Below, piece after piece: positions 1 to 8,939 of a stretch of DNA of 57,783 nt (the stretch's first letter is position 1; every line of letters begins with the position of its first letter). The position numbers and the translations under genes are program-made. The notes below the pieces were generated by a model. That model searched no databases. It worked only from the letters and a program-made list of their open reading frames with translations, and was not told where the DNA came from. This DNA is from a virus: IMG/VR virus record IMGVR_UViG_2554235495_000004, positions 1-57,783 of that record; one strand, 5' to 3'.

Positions 1-1248
1 ATGCCCACCGATCCAGCCACCGAGATCGTGAATCTGCGGGAACGTATCGAAACCGGCGACGAAATTTCTGATTCGGACAGCGAAGTCCTGCTTCGATTCT
101 CCGACGAACTCCGTCTCCGCGGGGCTGAGTATTCCGATCATCGACATGAGAAACTCCTCCGTCATTGCACGATCATGGCCGAGGAGGTCGGCGGGCTCGC
201 CGACACGCTCGACGATCGTGAGACGACCAAACGCATCGTCCGCTGGATCAATCGCACCTACGACAACGAGGAGACCAATCGAGACTATCGCATCGCCATC
301 CGTGTCTTCGGCAAGCGCGTCACTGAGAGCGACGAACCGCCCGACAGTATCGACTGGGTGAGTGGCCAGACCTCGCGCAACTACGACCCCGCGCCCGAAC
401 CGCGCGACATGCTCCACTGGGATGACCACATCCTCCCGATGATCGAGGGATCGCGCAACCCGCGGGATGCGGCCCTCATCGCCGTCGCGTGGGACTCCGG
501 CGCGCGGAGTGGCGAGATCCGTGGCCTCACCGTCGGTGACATCACCGACCACGATAACGGCCTCCAGATCACCGTCGAGGGCAAGACCGGCAAGCGGACT
601 GTCACGCTCATCCCGAGCGTCCCACACCTCCAGAAGTGGATTGACGACCATCCCGCGCCCGACGATCGCAACGCACCCCTCTGGTGCAAGCTCAGTAGTG
701 CCGACGAGCTCTCCTTCCGAATGTTCAAGAAGGCGCTCGAAAGCGCCGCTGAGCGTGCCGGCGTCGACAGACCCGTGACCCTCACCAACTTCCGGAAGTC
801 GTGTGCCGCGCACCTCGCTTCCCGTGGAATGAATCAGGCCCATATCGAGGAACACCACGGGTGGACGCGGGGGTCGCGTGTCGCCAGTCGCTACATTAGC
901 GTCTTTAGCGACGACTCCGACCGCGAGCTGGCGCGCATCCGTGGCCTCGACGTCTCCGACGAGGAACCCGACCCGATCGGCCCTGTCGAGTGTCCGCGGT
1001 GCGATCGGGAGACGCCGCGCGAACAGCCGACGTGCGTCTGGTGCAACCAACCCCTCTCCCAAGAGGGGAAGCAGCAACTCGACATGGAAGAGCGGCGCGT
1101 CCGCCGACAATTCATGAAGCGTGCTGCCGACAACCCCGAGTTCCTTGACATCCTCGAAGACGAAGTCGGTATGGACGAGTTCTTTGAGGACAGACAAGAA
1201 CTCCGGAGCGAGATCGAACGATTCGCCCGTGAGCGAGCCGAGGACTGA
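1..1248 (+). CDS. int: Tyrosine integrase with C-terminal Zn ribbon (SNJ2-like haloarchaeal type)
   Basis: Motifs SGARSGE (R), GKTG (K), TNFRKS (N in place of H, plus R), HHGW and ASRY (Y); CPRC..CVWC Zn ribbon. Confidence 0.93.
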   Translation: MPTDPATEIVNLRERIETGDEISDSDSEVLLRFSDELRLRGAEYSDHRHEKLLRHCTIMAEEVGGLADTLDDRETTKRIVRWINRTYDNEETNRDYRIAIRVFGKRVTESDEPPDSIDWVSGQTSRNYDPAPEPRDMLHWDDHILPMIEGSRNPRDAALIAVAWDSGARSGEIRGLTVGDITDHDNGLQITVEGKTGKRTVTLIPSVPHLQKWIDDHPAPDDRNAPLWCKLSSADELSFRMFKKALESAAERAGVDRPVTLTNFRKSCAAHLASRGMNQAHIEEHHGWTRGSRVASRYISVFSDDSDRELARIRGLDVSDEEPDPIGPVECPRCDRETPREQPTCVWCNQPLSQEGKQQLDMEERRVRRQFMKRAADNPEFLDILEDEVGMDEFFEDRQELRSEIERFARERAED

Positions 1249-1263
1249 GTTCTTTTCTGTTGT
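1249..1263 (+). terminator. Probable archaeal oligo-T terminator of int
   Basis: gttcttttctgttgt directly after the stop codon. Confidence 0.5.
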
Positions 1264-1481
1264 ATCGTATGCCGCGATACCGTTCGGTGGCGCGACACTC
1301 GGCGATTCGATACCATTATAGGATGCGCCACCGTAGGAACAGGTGCGCATCACTGTGGTCTCCTTTGTGGGATCATGGGCGTGCTTTCCAGCGAGAACGC
1401 GATCGGGTGGCACCCCGGTCGTGTTACTTTTCCACGACGGAACCGCGCTCTCGTTAGCTACATCTACAGTGGCCCATGCAC
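1262..1481 (+). ncRNA. Candidate structured non-coding RNA
   Basis: Nested stems found by eye (1262-67/1308-13, 1270-74/1300-04, 1322-31/1342-51, 1355-62/1369-76, 1374-80/1472-78) with G-U wobbles on the + strand; no convincing ORF. Confidence 0.45.
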
Positions 1482-1541
1482 TAAAAACTACCGATAGCGG
1501 GTTGTAGGACGGTGTTACAGAGGATTTAGCGACTGATCGAT

Positions 1542-1730
1542 TCATCCAAGCGCCTCCATAATCTCGGATTTGACACGCTCTTGATCGGGCGCATCCAACC
1601 CTTTCCGAAGCATGATGCGCGCCATCGCGCGTGTGCGCGGAGTGGACCCGAGCCGGGCTACGCGCTTGAGCATCTCCTCGTTCTCCTCGGCGAACGTCTC
1701 GATGTCCTGTAGTTCGTCGCTCATGGCCAC
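1542..1730 (-). CDS. Hypothetical protein
   Basis: Acidic ORF, last of a coupled leftward operon. Confidence 0.7.
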   Translation of the reverse strand: MAMSDELQDIETFAEENEEMLKRVARLGSTPRTRAMARIMLRKGLDAPDQERVKSEIMEALG

Positions 1731-1819
1731 CCTCCCTGAAGCACCGCGTCGAGCGTTCCGAGGTCGAGAGCGTCGATCGCCTCGTCACCCCAAATCTCGC
1801 GGGCTTCGGCTTCAGTCAT
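1721..1819 (-). CDS. Small hypothetical protein (32 aa)
   Basis: MTEAEAREIWGDEAIDALDLG...; overlaps both neighbours. Confidence 0.55.
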   Translation of the reverse strand: MTEAEAREIWGDEAIDALDLGTLDAVLQGGWP

Positions 1820-1994
1820 CAGTGACCACCAATTCCTCCACCATGTGAGGTGGGATGTATCGAAGCATACGCCCCTTCTCAGCCTGCACCCAGCCACTCG
1901 GGAGGACGAAGGCATCGTCGGCTACGAGGCTGTCTCGTTCATCATCCACGAATCGGACCTCGTGACGGCCCTCGTTAGGGGAGTTATCAGCCAT
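1812..1994 (-). CDS. Hypothetical protein
   Basis: Acidic ORF with overlapping start and stop. Confidence 0.7.
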   Translation of the reverse strand: MADNSPNEGRHEVRFVDDERDSLVADDAFVLPSGWVQAEKGRMLRYIPPHMVEELVVTDD

Positions 1995-3604
1995 TATCCC
2001 GACGCCCTCGTGCTGTTATTGCCGGCGGGTTGGATCGACACCGACTCGTTATCGTAGACCTGGAGTGTCGAGACCACCGTGCCGTTGGCGTTGCGCTTCT
2101 CGACGATCACCGACACGTCGCCGGATGCGTTGGTGTTGTTGCCACCAGCGGCCACCTCCCCCGCGCTCTTCTGGCCGTCGAGGAACGCCTCAACAGCCGG
2201 CGTATCGGACACCTCTCGGACGTTGGATGATTCTGCGTTCACGAACGCGACGTAGGAGACCCCGGTGCCGTCGTTCGGAATCACGCGAACCATCCAGTAG
2301 AGTTGTCCGTCAACCACCGTAGGCAACGGTTCGGCCGGCGTGAATCGGTCCCAGTCCGTCGTGCGAGCTGCCTGCCGGACGTAGTTCGCCGCCTTCCGTG
2401 GCCCGAACAGTGACTCGCCGTCAGGACTCTCGTAGACGACAGGGTTGCCGGTGCGACCGTCGACCTCCCACACTTCTTTGAGTCCCTGCGCGTTGCCGTA
2501 GGGTTCCGCCGCGACGACGTACTTCGTGCCGTTCTGCGTCGGCATCATGTACGGCTGGTCGTTGCCCTTGCCCGGCGTCGGCGCGACCTCGATCTCTTCG
2601 GAGTGAGCGCCCACGACCGGGAGCGTGTTCACGATCCCGTTGCGGAACTTCGTCGACTTGACCTTCTTTTTCGTGAGGTCGAACGGCACGAGTTTCTGAC
2701 CCTTCAACACCGGGTGGTTCCGTGCCTCTTGCGGCGAGAGGTCAGTCACCTCACCGTCCGGCCCGACGAGTGCGACACCGCCCCATTCCGGGGTCGTGTA
2801 CGGCGTCGGAATCGGCGCGAAACGAACGTTGAAGTTGGGCTTCGTGTACGGCACCGCGATGTACGACTCGCCGTTGTGCGGCACCATGAACGGATCTTCG
2901 TAGTTGGCGAGGTACTGTCCGTTCTTCAGCACTTCCCACTTGTAGTGGTTGTAGAACGCGGTGCCGATGCCTGCATCCATCTTGTCGTTGATGGTCCGGA
3001 CATCCGCGTTCTGCTGGGTCATGTCGACGAGCACCGTCCCGCGCTGCTGGAGCGCGAAGTGGTTGCGCGTGCCGTCCGGGGCGAGCGCGTAACTCCAGTG
3101 CGGCGTGTCGTTGACGAACGTGATGTCACGCTTCGTGGTCTGGTACTGCGGGAGGTCGAGCGTGTTCGCGGCGTAGTTACTCGCGACGTTGCCGGGGACG
3201 ATCCGCGGCTGTTGGGCGTCCACGTCGCTCAGGTTGTTCGTGGGTTCCGCCGACCCCATCATCCGGTCGGACAGGTCTTCCGAGGCGTAGAACCCCGCCG
3301 AGATCGACGCCACGATGAAGCCGATGATAATCACCGCTGCGAGCGCCTGGACTGCTGTCGACGGCCCGCTGTCGTCCATCGACATGAGCGCGTAGCCTCC
3401 GAGTGCCACGGTAGCAGCAGTAAGCACCCACAACGTCGGCGTCGTGTAGATCCCGAACACGATCCACTGGAGCCACGGGCGGAAGTACCAGGCGAGGCCG
3501 AGTGCCAGTAGCGATACGACTGCGCCGATTGCTGCGTATTTCTTGCTCATGAATTTCTCTCGCAAGCTCGCTATCGAAGAGTTTGCACTGTCGTTCTCAG
3601 ACAT
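1994..3604 (-). CDS. Membrane-anchored protein with about 3 N-terminal TM helices and a large extracellular domain
   Basis: Hydrophobic N-terminal segments followed by about 430 soluble residues with N-x-S/T sequons. Confidence 0.8.
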   Translation of the reverse strand: MSENDSANSSIASLREKFMSKKYAAIGAVVSLLALGLAWYFRPWLQWIVFGIYTTPTLWVLTAATVALGGYALMSMDDSGPSTAVQALAAVIIIGFIVASISAGFYASEDLSDRMMGSAEPTNNLSDVDAQQPRIVPGNVASNYAANTLDLPQYQTTKRDITFVNDTPHWSYALAPDGTRNHFALQQRGTVLVDMTQQNADVRTINDKMDAGIGTAFYNHYKWEVLKNGQYLANYEDPFMVPHNGESYIAVPYTKPNFNVRFAPIPTPYTTPEWGGVALVGPDGEVTDLSPQEARNHPVLKGQKLVPFDLTKKKVKSTKFRNGIVNTLPVVGAHSEEIEVAPTPGKGNDQPYMMPTQNGTKYVVAAEPYGNAQGLKEVWEVDGRTGNPVVYESPDGESLFGPRKAANYVRQAARTTDWDRFTPAEPLPTVVDGQLYWMVRVIPNDGTGVSYVAFVNAESSNVREVSDTPAVEAFLDGQKSAGEVAAGGNNTNASGDVSVIVEKRNANGTVVSTLQVYDNESVSIQPAGNNSTRASG

Positions 3605-3791
3605 AGGTATCAAGCCCCGCTTGTTCCGCCACGATGCCTTGACACAACGCTGAACAGGCGTCTACTTGACACACATACCGCGCAGTCATGATGTCCCCGT
3701 GATCCTCGATGAACTCGCGTTCCCACTCGTGACCCTGGGGATGCAACGGCGAGTCCTCGGGCAACTCCAGCCCCTCGGGAGTCTCAATCAT
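3597..3791 (-). CDS. Small Cys/His-containing hypothetical protein
   Basis: MIETPEGLELPED...CQVDAC; ATGA overlap with the RNase H stop. Confidence 0.6.
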   Translation of the reverse strand: MIETPEGLELPEDSPLHPQGHEWEREFIEDHGDIMTARYVCQVDACSALCQGIVAEQAGLDTYV

Positions 3792-4231
3792 TTGACCGAG
3801 ACCCCCGGACACGCCCGCCGCGCTTCCTCGTGGGCGATCTGGTTTTCCTCTCGATCGACGGGCCACACTTCGGATCGATCGTACCCGTTCAACCGCCGTT
3901 GAATCCGTGAAACATGTCGCATGTATGGCTCGTGCGTCCACTCGTTTTGGATCGCCTCTGCGGCCTGATCCGAGTCGGTGTAAAGCACCACCCGCGAGGC
4001 TTCGTGGGGCGCGGCCGCGTCGAGTGCGTACAGCGCCGCGAGGTACTCGCCTTCGGCGTGTGAGAGGAGGCCGACCTCCGTGCCGTCGCGTTCGAGGAGT
4101 GCGCCCGCTTTGGGGTCGGTCCCGAGTACACACCACCCGACAGCGGCGTTGCCGTCTTTACACGAAACATCGCCGTAGACGCGCAGCGTGTGATACCGTC
4201 CCGGCCGCGTTCGCGTGCCGGATCGGTGCAT
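3788..4231 (-). CDS. rnhA: Ribonuclease HI-like protein
   Basis: VYGD, AEGEY, VLYTDS and NQIAH match RNase HI catalytic motifs (fourth acidic residue is His). Confidence 0.85.
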   Translation of the reverse strand: MHRSGTRTRPGRYHTLRVYGDVSCKDGNAAVGWCVLGTDPKAGALLERDGTEVGLLSHAEGEYLAALYALDAAAPHEASRVVLYTDSDQAAEAIQNEWTHEPYMRHVSRIQRRLNGYDRSEVWPVDREENQIAHEEARRACPGVSVK

Positions 4232-4232
4232 G

Positions 4233-4418
4233 TTACTCGACATCTCCATCACCCCACCGCCCGCGCGTGCGGTCGAGAATCTCGTCTAAGTCCGAGATGT
4301 CATCCTCCACCCACCCGCGTTCCTGATCGCTCAACTCGTCGCCAGCCAGCTCGTCGCGGTGGCGTTCGATAGCGATCATGAGCGGGATCTCCGCCGACAG
4401 CGCGTCACTCATAGACAT
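4233..4418 (-). CDS. Hypothetical protein
   Basis: Acidic coupled ORF. Confidence 0.6.
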   Translation of the reverse strand: MSMSDALSAEIPLMIAIERHRDELAGDELSDQERGWVEDDISDLDEILDRTRGRWGDGDVE

Positions 4419-4776
4419 CACCACCGAGTTCTTCGCGCAGCCGGCGAGCACGCGGGACGTTCGGACTGGTGCGCCCCGTCTCCCAATGCGAGATCGTGGT
4501 TGTCGTGACGCCGACTTCGACAGCGAGTTCGGATTGATTAAGCCCCGCCGCGTTCCGTCGCTCGCGAATCCACTCACCGCTCGGGATGATGGGCAACAGC
4601 GGTTCGCCCAACTCGTCGTGCTTACAATCGCGGTTGATGTGGTCGCCGAGACTATCGCTGGAGCGCCCAAACGCGAGTGCTAACTCGTCGTAGGTCCACC
4701 CGTCTTCGCTCAGGAAACGGAGCGCCTGACACTCGTTGGGCGTGATTTCATCCTTCGCCGAGACGCCCTCAGCCAT
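4405..4776 (-). CDS. XRE/Cro-family HTH regulator
   Basis: IRERRNAAGLNQSELAVEVGVTTTTISHWETG. Confidence 0.85.
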   Translation of the reverse strand: MAEGVSAKDEITPNECQALRFLSEDGWTYDELALAFGRSSDSLGDHINRDCKHDELGEPLLPIIPSGEWIRERRNAAGLNQSELAVEVGVTTTTISHWETGRTSPNVPRARRLREELGGDVYE

Positions 4777-5008
4777 CGATCGCCACCTCCACGCCCGAGC
4801 CATCGGCCACAACCCCACCGTCGGCTTCGAGACGTTCGACCGCCCGTTCAAGCGCCTCGACGCGCCGTTCGAGGCGGGCGAGGTCTTGCTCGCGTTCGCG
4901 AGACTCACGCCGCAGCGCGTTGTTCTCGGCTTTCAACTCACAGTTCGGACAGTCCGAGTAGTGGTCGCGGCCGTGGTCGTGATCGAGACACCGCGCTGAA
5001 TCACCCAT
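4769..5008 (-). CDS. Small Zn-finger/coiled-coil protein
   Basis: C..H..CPNC followed by a heptad-rich helix. Confidence 0.6.
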   Translation of the reverse strand: MGDSARCLDHDHGRDHYSDCPNCELKAENNALRRESREREQDLARLERRVEALERAVERLEADGGVVADGSGVEVAIDG

Positions 5009-5954
5009 CGTCCGCCACCTCCGCGCGTTCGAGGACGCCCTGCCAGTCTGTATCGAACTTACGCTCGACAGTCCGAGCGCGCCACTTGCCGTCCACGTCG
5101 TACTGCTGGCGGCTCTTCTCGCCACTAGTCTGGATGACTCGCCGAACGTCGTCGAGCGCCGCCTCGTTGGACTCCTCTCGTGCCCGCGCCCTGCGGGTTT
5201 CGTAGAGGTCTCGCGGGTCGGCGTCCGTCCACCGTCTTACCTCGCGTTTCACGTACTCTTCGCTGAGGTCATACACCGTGGCAACCTCCGACGGCGAATG
5301 GCGCTTGAGTAACACCGCCGCGGTGTTTGCCCGGCGCTGGCGCGCACGCTCTTTCTCCCTCTCGATGTCGATGCTGCGCGGGGTGAGGAAGTTGCCGTGA
5401 AATCCGTCCGGCGCAAGCCCGAATCGCGGCGCGATCTCCCGTGGGGTGTGGCAAAGCCGAACCAGGTCGTCAACGGCGTCAACGCGTGCTTCGACCAACG
5501 CCTCACGCGCGGCGGTGCGCCACTCACGACAGCAGTCATCCGTGTGCTCGTGCTCGCCCTGCACCCTGACAGTCCCTTTCGACCGCTCCTCTCGAACAAC
5601 GAGCGCGCCGCACTCACAGCGGACGTAGACCGCGGCGAACCGACTCTTGTCGTGGTAGTTGGGGTTGACCCACTTCATCGCGCGATCGCTGGTTTGCGTG
5701 TAATAATCGGGAACTCGCCAACTCCCGAGAAGGTCCAAAATGCGCTTGTTGAGCGTCCGGGCGACCTGCCGCTCGAAATAATGCCCGAGCAAGAACGTTG
5801 CCTTGGTTTTCGGCATCCCATCGATAGCGTTCTTCAGCGTGAGCGCACTCTCAAACGGATCGTTGACGGCGTTCTCTCCCTGTATGAGAAACTCGTGACG
5901 GCCCACCTCGTCCGGCAGATCGGCCGTCTCGCTGTCGGTACTCTCGACACTCAT
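5001..5954 (-). CDS. Hypothetical DNA-binding protein
   Basis: CECG..HEH..C metal motif, HTH-like segments, C-terminus resembling homing-endonuclease-associated repeats. Confidence 0.65.
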   Translation of the reverse strand: MSVESTDSETADLPDEVGRHEFLIQGENAVNDPFESALTLKNAIDGMPKTKATFLLGHYFERQVARTLNKRILDLLGSWRVPDYYTQTSDRAMKWVNPNYHDKSRFAAVYVRCECGALVVREERSKGTVRVQGEHEHTDDCCREWRTAAREALVEARVDAVDDLVRLCHTPREIAPRFGLAPDGFHGNFLTPRSIDIEREKERARQRRANTAAVLLKRHSPSEVATVYDLSEEYVKREVRRWTDADPRDLYETRRARAREESNEAALDDVRRVIQTSGEKSRQQYDVDGKWRARTVERKFDTDWQGVLERAEVADDG

Positions 5955-6346
5955 GCGCCACCCTCCCGCGAGGTCGGCACGTCGTCATGGCACACCGAAC
6001 AGGGATAGCATCGCCTCGCCTGGGCTTCGGCGCGCGTCGTCTCGGTCCACTCGCGGCCGGCCACGTTGGCTCGCTTCGCACACTGCGCGGCAGGACCATC
6101 GCCGTCGCCGTCCGCGTTGTGGTAGGCTTTGGGGCCGCCGCCGGGATTCATGACGAACACCGTCGCGTCGGGATCGCCACCGTCCTGCGAGCGCCGCCAC
6201 TCGCGGTGGTCGCGCGTGCGCGGTCCGCCACGGTGGGTGTTCCCACCGGAGCATTCGTGCGCCCGTCCAGCGACGTAGAACGCACCACAGTCGGGGCACT
6301 CGTCGAACGCATCGGACTCGGCCGCCGTGACCCTGGATTCACTCAT
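5951..6346 (-). CDS. Zn-finger hypothetical protein
   Basis: CPDC..HEC and CYPCSVC motifs. Confidence 0.7.
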   Translation of the reverse strand: MSESRVTAAESDAFDECPDCGAFYVAGRAHECSGGNTHRGGPRTRDHREWRRSQDGGDPDATVFVMNPGGGPKAYHNADGDGDGPAAQCAKRANVAGREWTETTRAEAQARRCYPCSVCHDDVPTSREGGA

Positions 6347-6352
6347 CGCGAA

Positions 6353-7099
6353 TCACTCCGACTGGATACGCGGGGCGAGCATCGCCGTCGCCTCGCCCGC
6401 ACCCTCGGCGAACTCACTGTCGATCATGACGGGGAACTCCTCGCCGAGTCGCATCACCAGCTCGTCGCCCGCCGCCCACGGCTTGTGCATGTCCTTCATG
6501 TAATCCAACGAATACAGCGAGTGCGCCGCGCCGACCTCCAGATCGATCAGGTCGTCACGGCCCAACGCCACATGCACGTCGTCGGTATCACCGTCGGCAT
6601 CGACGTAGAACACCTCGTCGTCGGCGTCCACGCCGAGTGCGATATGATCCGAGACCATATCGGCGGCCGTGATACCACGCTTCAGGTCGCGCGCTTCGAG
6701 CGCGATCTCGGCGGGCAAATCGAGGTCGGGAATGTCGGGCTCGCTCCGAATCGAATCGGGATCGATCAGCGCCAGCGTATAGGAGACTGCGCCGACCTCG
6801 ATCTCCAGTTTCCGCGTCTCTTCGTTGAGTTCGAGATGCACGAGGTCGCCCGCATCGGCCATGCCAACGATGTCCGCCAGCCGTTCGGTGTTGACACCGA
6901 GCACCTCGCCGTCGCCCGTGTAGGACTCGAACGCCTCCGCGTCCAACGATAGCGAGACCATTGCGACGTTCGCCGGCCCTACTGCCTTTGTTTGAAAGCC
7001 GTCTTTTACGCAGTGAATCTTGCCCTCGTTGACGACGGTATTCAGACGGTCGAGATACTGTCCGATACTTTCTGCCTGGGTGATGGCTTTGAAACTCAT
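6353..7099 (-). CDS. pcn: Virus-encoded PCNA sliding clamp
   Basis: 248 aa; AVGPANVAMV, YTLALIDPDSIRSEPDIPDLDL, SLYSLDY and C-terminal LAPRIQSE are typical of haloarchaeal PCNA. Confidence 0.97.
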   Translation of the reverse strand: MSFKAITQAESIGQYLDRLNTVVNEGKIHCVKDGFQTKAVGPANVAMVSLSLDAEAFESYTGDGEVLGVNTERLADIVGMADAGDLVHLELNEETRKLEIEVGAVSYTLALIDPDSIRSEPDIPDLDLPAEIALEARDLKRGITAADMVSDHIALGVDADDEVFYVDADGDTDDVHVALGRDDLIDLEVGAAHSLYSLDYMKDMHKPWAAGDELVMRLGEEFPVMIDSEFAEGAGEATAMLAPRIQSE

Positions 7100-7725
7100 G
7101 CGGAACCCCCTCCGAGTTTACCGGCCTCCCGCAGTTCCTCCATTAACTCGCGCTGCTCGTCTGCATTCTCCAACCCGTGCTTTCGGCGGTGTTCTGACGG
7201 GTCTAGGACGGAGATGTTCCCAGGACGGTTATCGAACCGGCGTCCGTTCTTGTGGTGAACATCGTTGCCGGCGACTTCCTCGAACCCGAACTCAGCGACC
7301 GCTAGCAAACGATGGACGGGAACTCGGTGGTGCGTCCCGTCGACATACGTCTTCCAAACCGGGTAGCCGTTGGAGTTGATCTTGTACGGAGCATATCCGT
7401 AGCCACTCCGAGAGGGTCGCCTCTCTATTCCGGCCTTCTCCAACTGTGTGCAAACATAACCCCGCGAACACCCAAACTCTTGGCTTATTTTAATAGTACT
7501 CAGACCCTCCTCAACGTACAACTCGCGGAGTTCGTCTTCCCCATCCCAAGGCACCTCCTTTGCACGGCCACTAGATTTCCGTTCAAGATCGAACCTATCG
7601 AACGCCTTTTTAACATAGTATACGGTACTGCCGATCTCGCCAGCAATTCCTTTGTATGAGAGATCGTCTTCCCAGTACATCTCTCGGAGCTTGTCGGGGT
7701 CGTTGAGGATTTCTTCGGTGTTCAT
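7096..7725 (-). CDS. HNH endonuclease with two N-terminal HTH-like repeats
   Basis: VHRLLA...VHHKNGRRFDNRPGNI HNH motif; more AT-rich than its flanks. Confidence 0.88.
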   Translation of the reverse strand: MNTEEILNDPDKLREMYWEDDLSYKGIAGEIGSTVYYVKKAFDRFDLERKSSGRAKEVPWDGEDELRELYVEEGLSTIKISQEFGCSRGYVCTQLEKAGIERRPSRSGYGYAPYKINSNGYPVWKTYVDGTHHRVPVHRLLAVAEFGFEEVAGNDVHHKNGRRFDNRPGNISVLDPSEHRRKHGLENADEQRELMEELREAGKLGGGSA

Positions 7726-7862
7726 GAGTCGTTGGTCTCCGCAGTAGTTGGCTGGCGATCCTCCGGCCGCTCGCCGAACACCCAGAACTGGATGAGTGCG
7801 ACCGCACCGATCGAACACAGCGTGAACCCGACGCCAGCGAGTACGGTCTCAATGGGCGTCAT
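7722..7862 (-). CDS. Small single-TM protein (46 aa)
   Basis: MTPIETVLAGVGFTLCSIGAVALIQFWVF...; ATGA overlaps on both sides. Confidence 0.6.
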   Translation of the reverse strand: MTPIETVLAGVGFTLCSIGAVALIQFWVFGERPEDRQPTTAETNDS

Positions 7863-8050
7863 GGCACACGCCTCCACAGGTCGATGCCATCCCCGTCACG
7901 CCGCGTCACATACCGCCCCCACTCGTCGGCCGCGATCTCGACCGCGTGCTCGCCGAGGAGGTGGGCTTTGACCTCCTGCGCCGTGCCGGCGTCGTAGGCA
8001 CAGAAATGGCAGTGGTAGTCGTCGCTGTCGCGTTTGGCGCTACTCGCCAT
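7859..8050 (-). CDS. C2H2 Zn-finger protein
   Basis: CHFC...HLLGEH. Confidence 0.7.
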   Translation of the reverse strand: MASSAKRDSDDYHCHFCAYDAGTAQEVKAHLLGEHAVEIAADEWGRYVTRRDGDGIDLWRRVP

Positions 8051-8270
8051 CGTCACCACCCACCTTGACGCGGACCTCGCCATCGGCGAAGTCAGAACGC
8101 GTCCACTCCACGCCAAGCCCGTGCTCGCGCGCTTTCTCAAACACGTCCTCGGTGTCGATAATATCGGAGTCGTTGTACTCCTCGCAGGTGACGATATAGC
8201 CCTCGTCGTCGGCGTTGCCGAGCTTGACGCCGTTCAGATCGAGGACGGCCATGACGAACGATTCGCTCAT
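8040..8270 (-). CDS. Hypothetical protein
   Basis: Acidic coupled ORF. Confidence 0.65.
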   Translation of the reverse strand: MSESFVMAVLDLNGVKLGNADDEGYIVTCEEYNDSDIIDTEDVFEKAREHGLGVEWTRSDFADGEVRVKVGGDDGE

Positions 8271-8440
8271 AGTATCACCGTCAGAACCACGCCGAGTTCG
8301 TGGAGCGTCCACGCCGCCGTGGCGGCGGCGATCCCGACGAGCGCCCCCACCGCAACAGCAGCCAGGGCGGTGATAAGCGCCATTATCACACCCGCGAGCA
8401 CCGCGGCCGCGAGGTCAATCGCCCAGTGGTCTTCACTCAT
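8267..8440 (-). CDS. Small two-TM membrane protein
   Basis: 57 aa, almost entirely hydrophobic. Confidence 0.65.
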   Translation of the reverse strand: MSEDHWAIDLAAAVLAGVIMALITALAAVAVGALVGIAAATAAWTLHELGVVLTVIL

Positions 8441-8727
8441 GACTGAATCCCTCCGTAAAACGCGGCGAAACACGTCTCGCACCGCTCGGTTTCGAGCGCC
8501 AGTTCGCTATTAGCCACGATCACCTGGATACTGGCGGCCGGGTACTCGTCACAGTCCGGGTCGCAGGCCGGCGGGCGGACATACCCACCCTCTCCATCCA
8601 CATCGACGGTGGTCGGCGCGACGGCGTGCCTGATGCGCCCCCGCTCGCCCTGCGTGAGTGCGACGATGCCACTCTTGCCGATGGGATCGCGGTGGGGGTC
8701 GATGACCACCTGCGATTCGGCGGCCAT
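8437..8727 (-). CDS. Hypothetical protein (Cys/His motifs)
   Basis: H..PAC and CETC; coupled ORF. Confidence 0.65.
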   Translation of the reverse strand: MAAESQVVIDPHRDPIGKSGIVALTQGERGRIRHAVAPTTVDVDGEGGYVRPPACDPDCDEYPAASIQVIVANSELALETERCETCFAAFYGGIQS

Positions 8728-8939
8728 TATCTCGCCCTCCCGATGCGCTCGACGGCACTCTCGATCGGGCCGTCGGTGCTCTCCGTCTCACTCTCCTCGT
8801 CCTCGTCGGCCAGTCTAGCGAGCAACTCAGCGGCGTCAGCCAGCCGCTCGATCGCCGCCGCGTCGTTCCGGAGGTCGATGTCCGTCTGCGCTTTGCTGAC
8901 AGTCTCGCGGGCGTGCAGGCGGTCTTTGGCGACCATCAC
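8727..8939 (-). CDS. Hypothetical protein
   Basis: Acidic helical ORF. Confidence 0.6.
   Translation of the reverse strand: MMVAKDRLHARETVSKAQTDIDLRNDAAAIERLADAAELLARLADEDEESETESTDGPIESAVERIGRAR

Noticed and set aside
1249-1540. tRNA gene or att core after the integrase
   Set aside because: No cloverleaf with a T-loop consensus and no CCA-type 3' end could be built.
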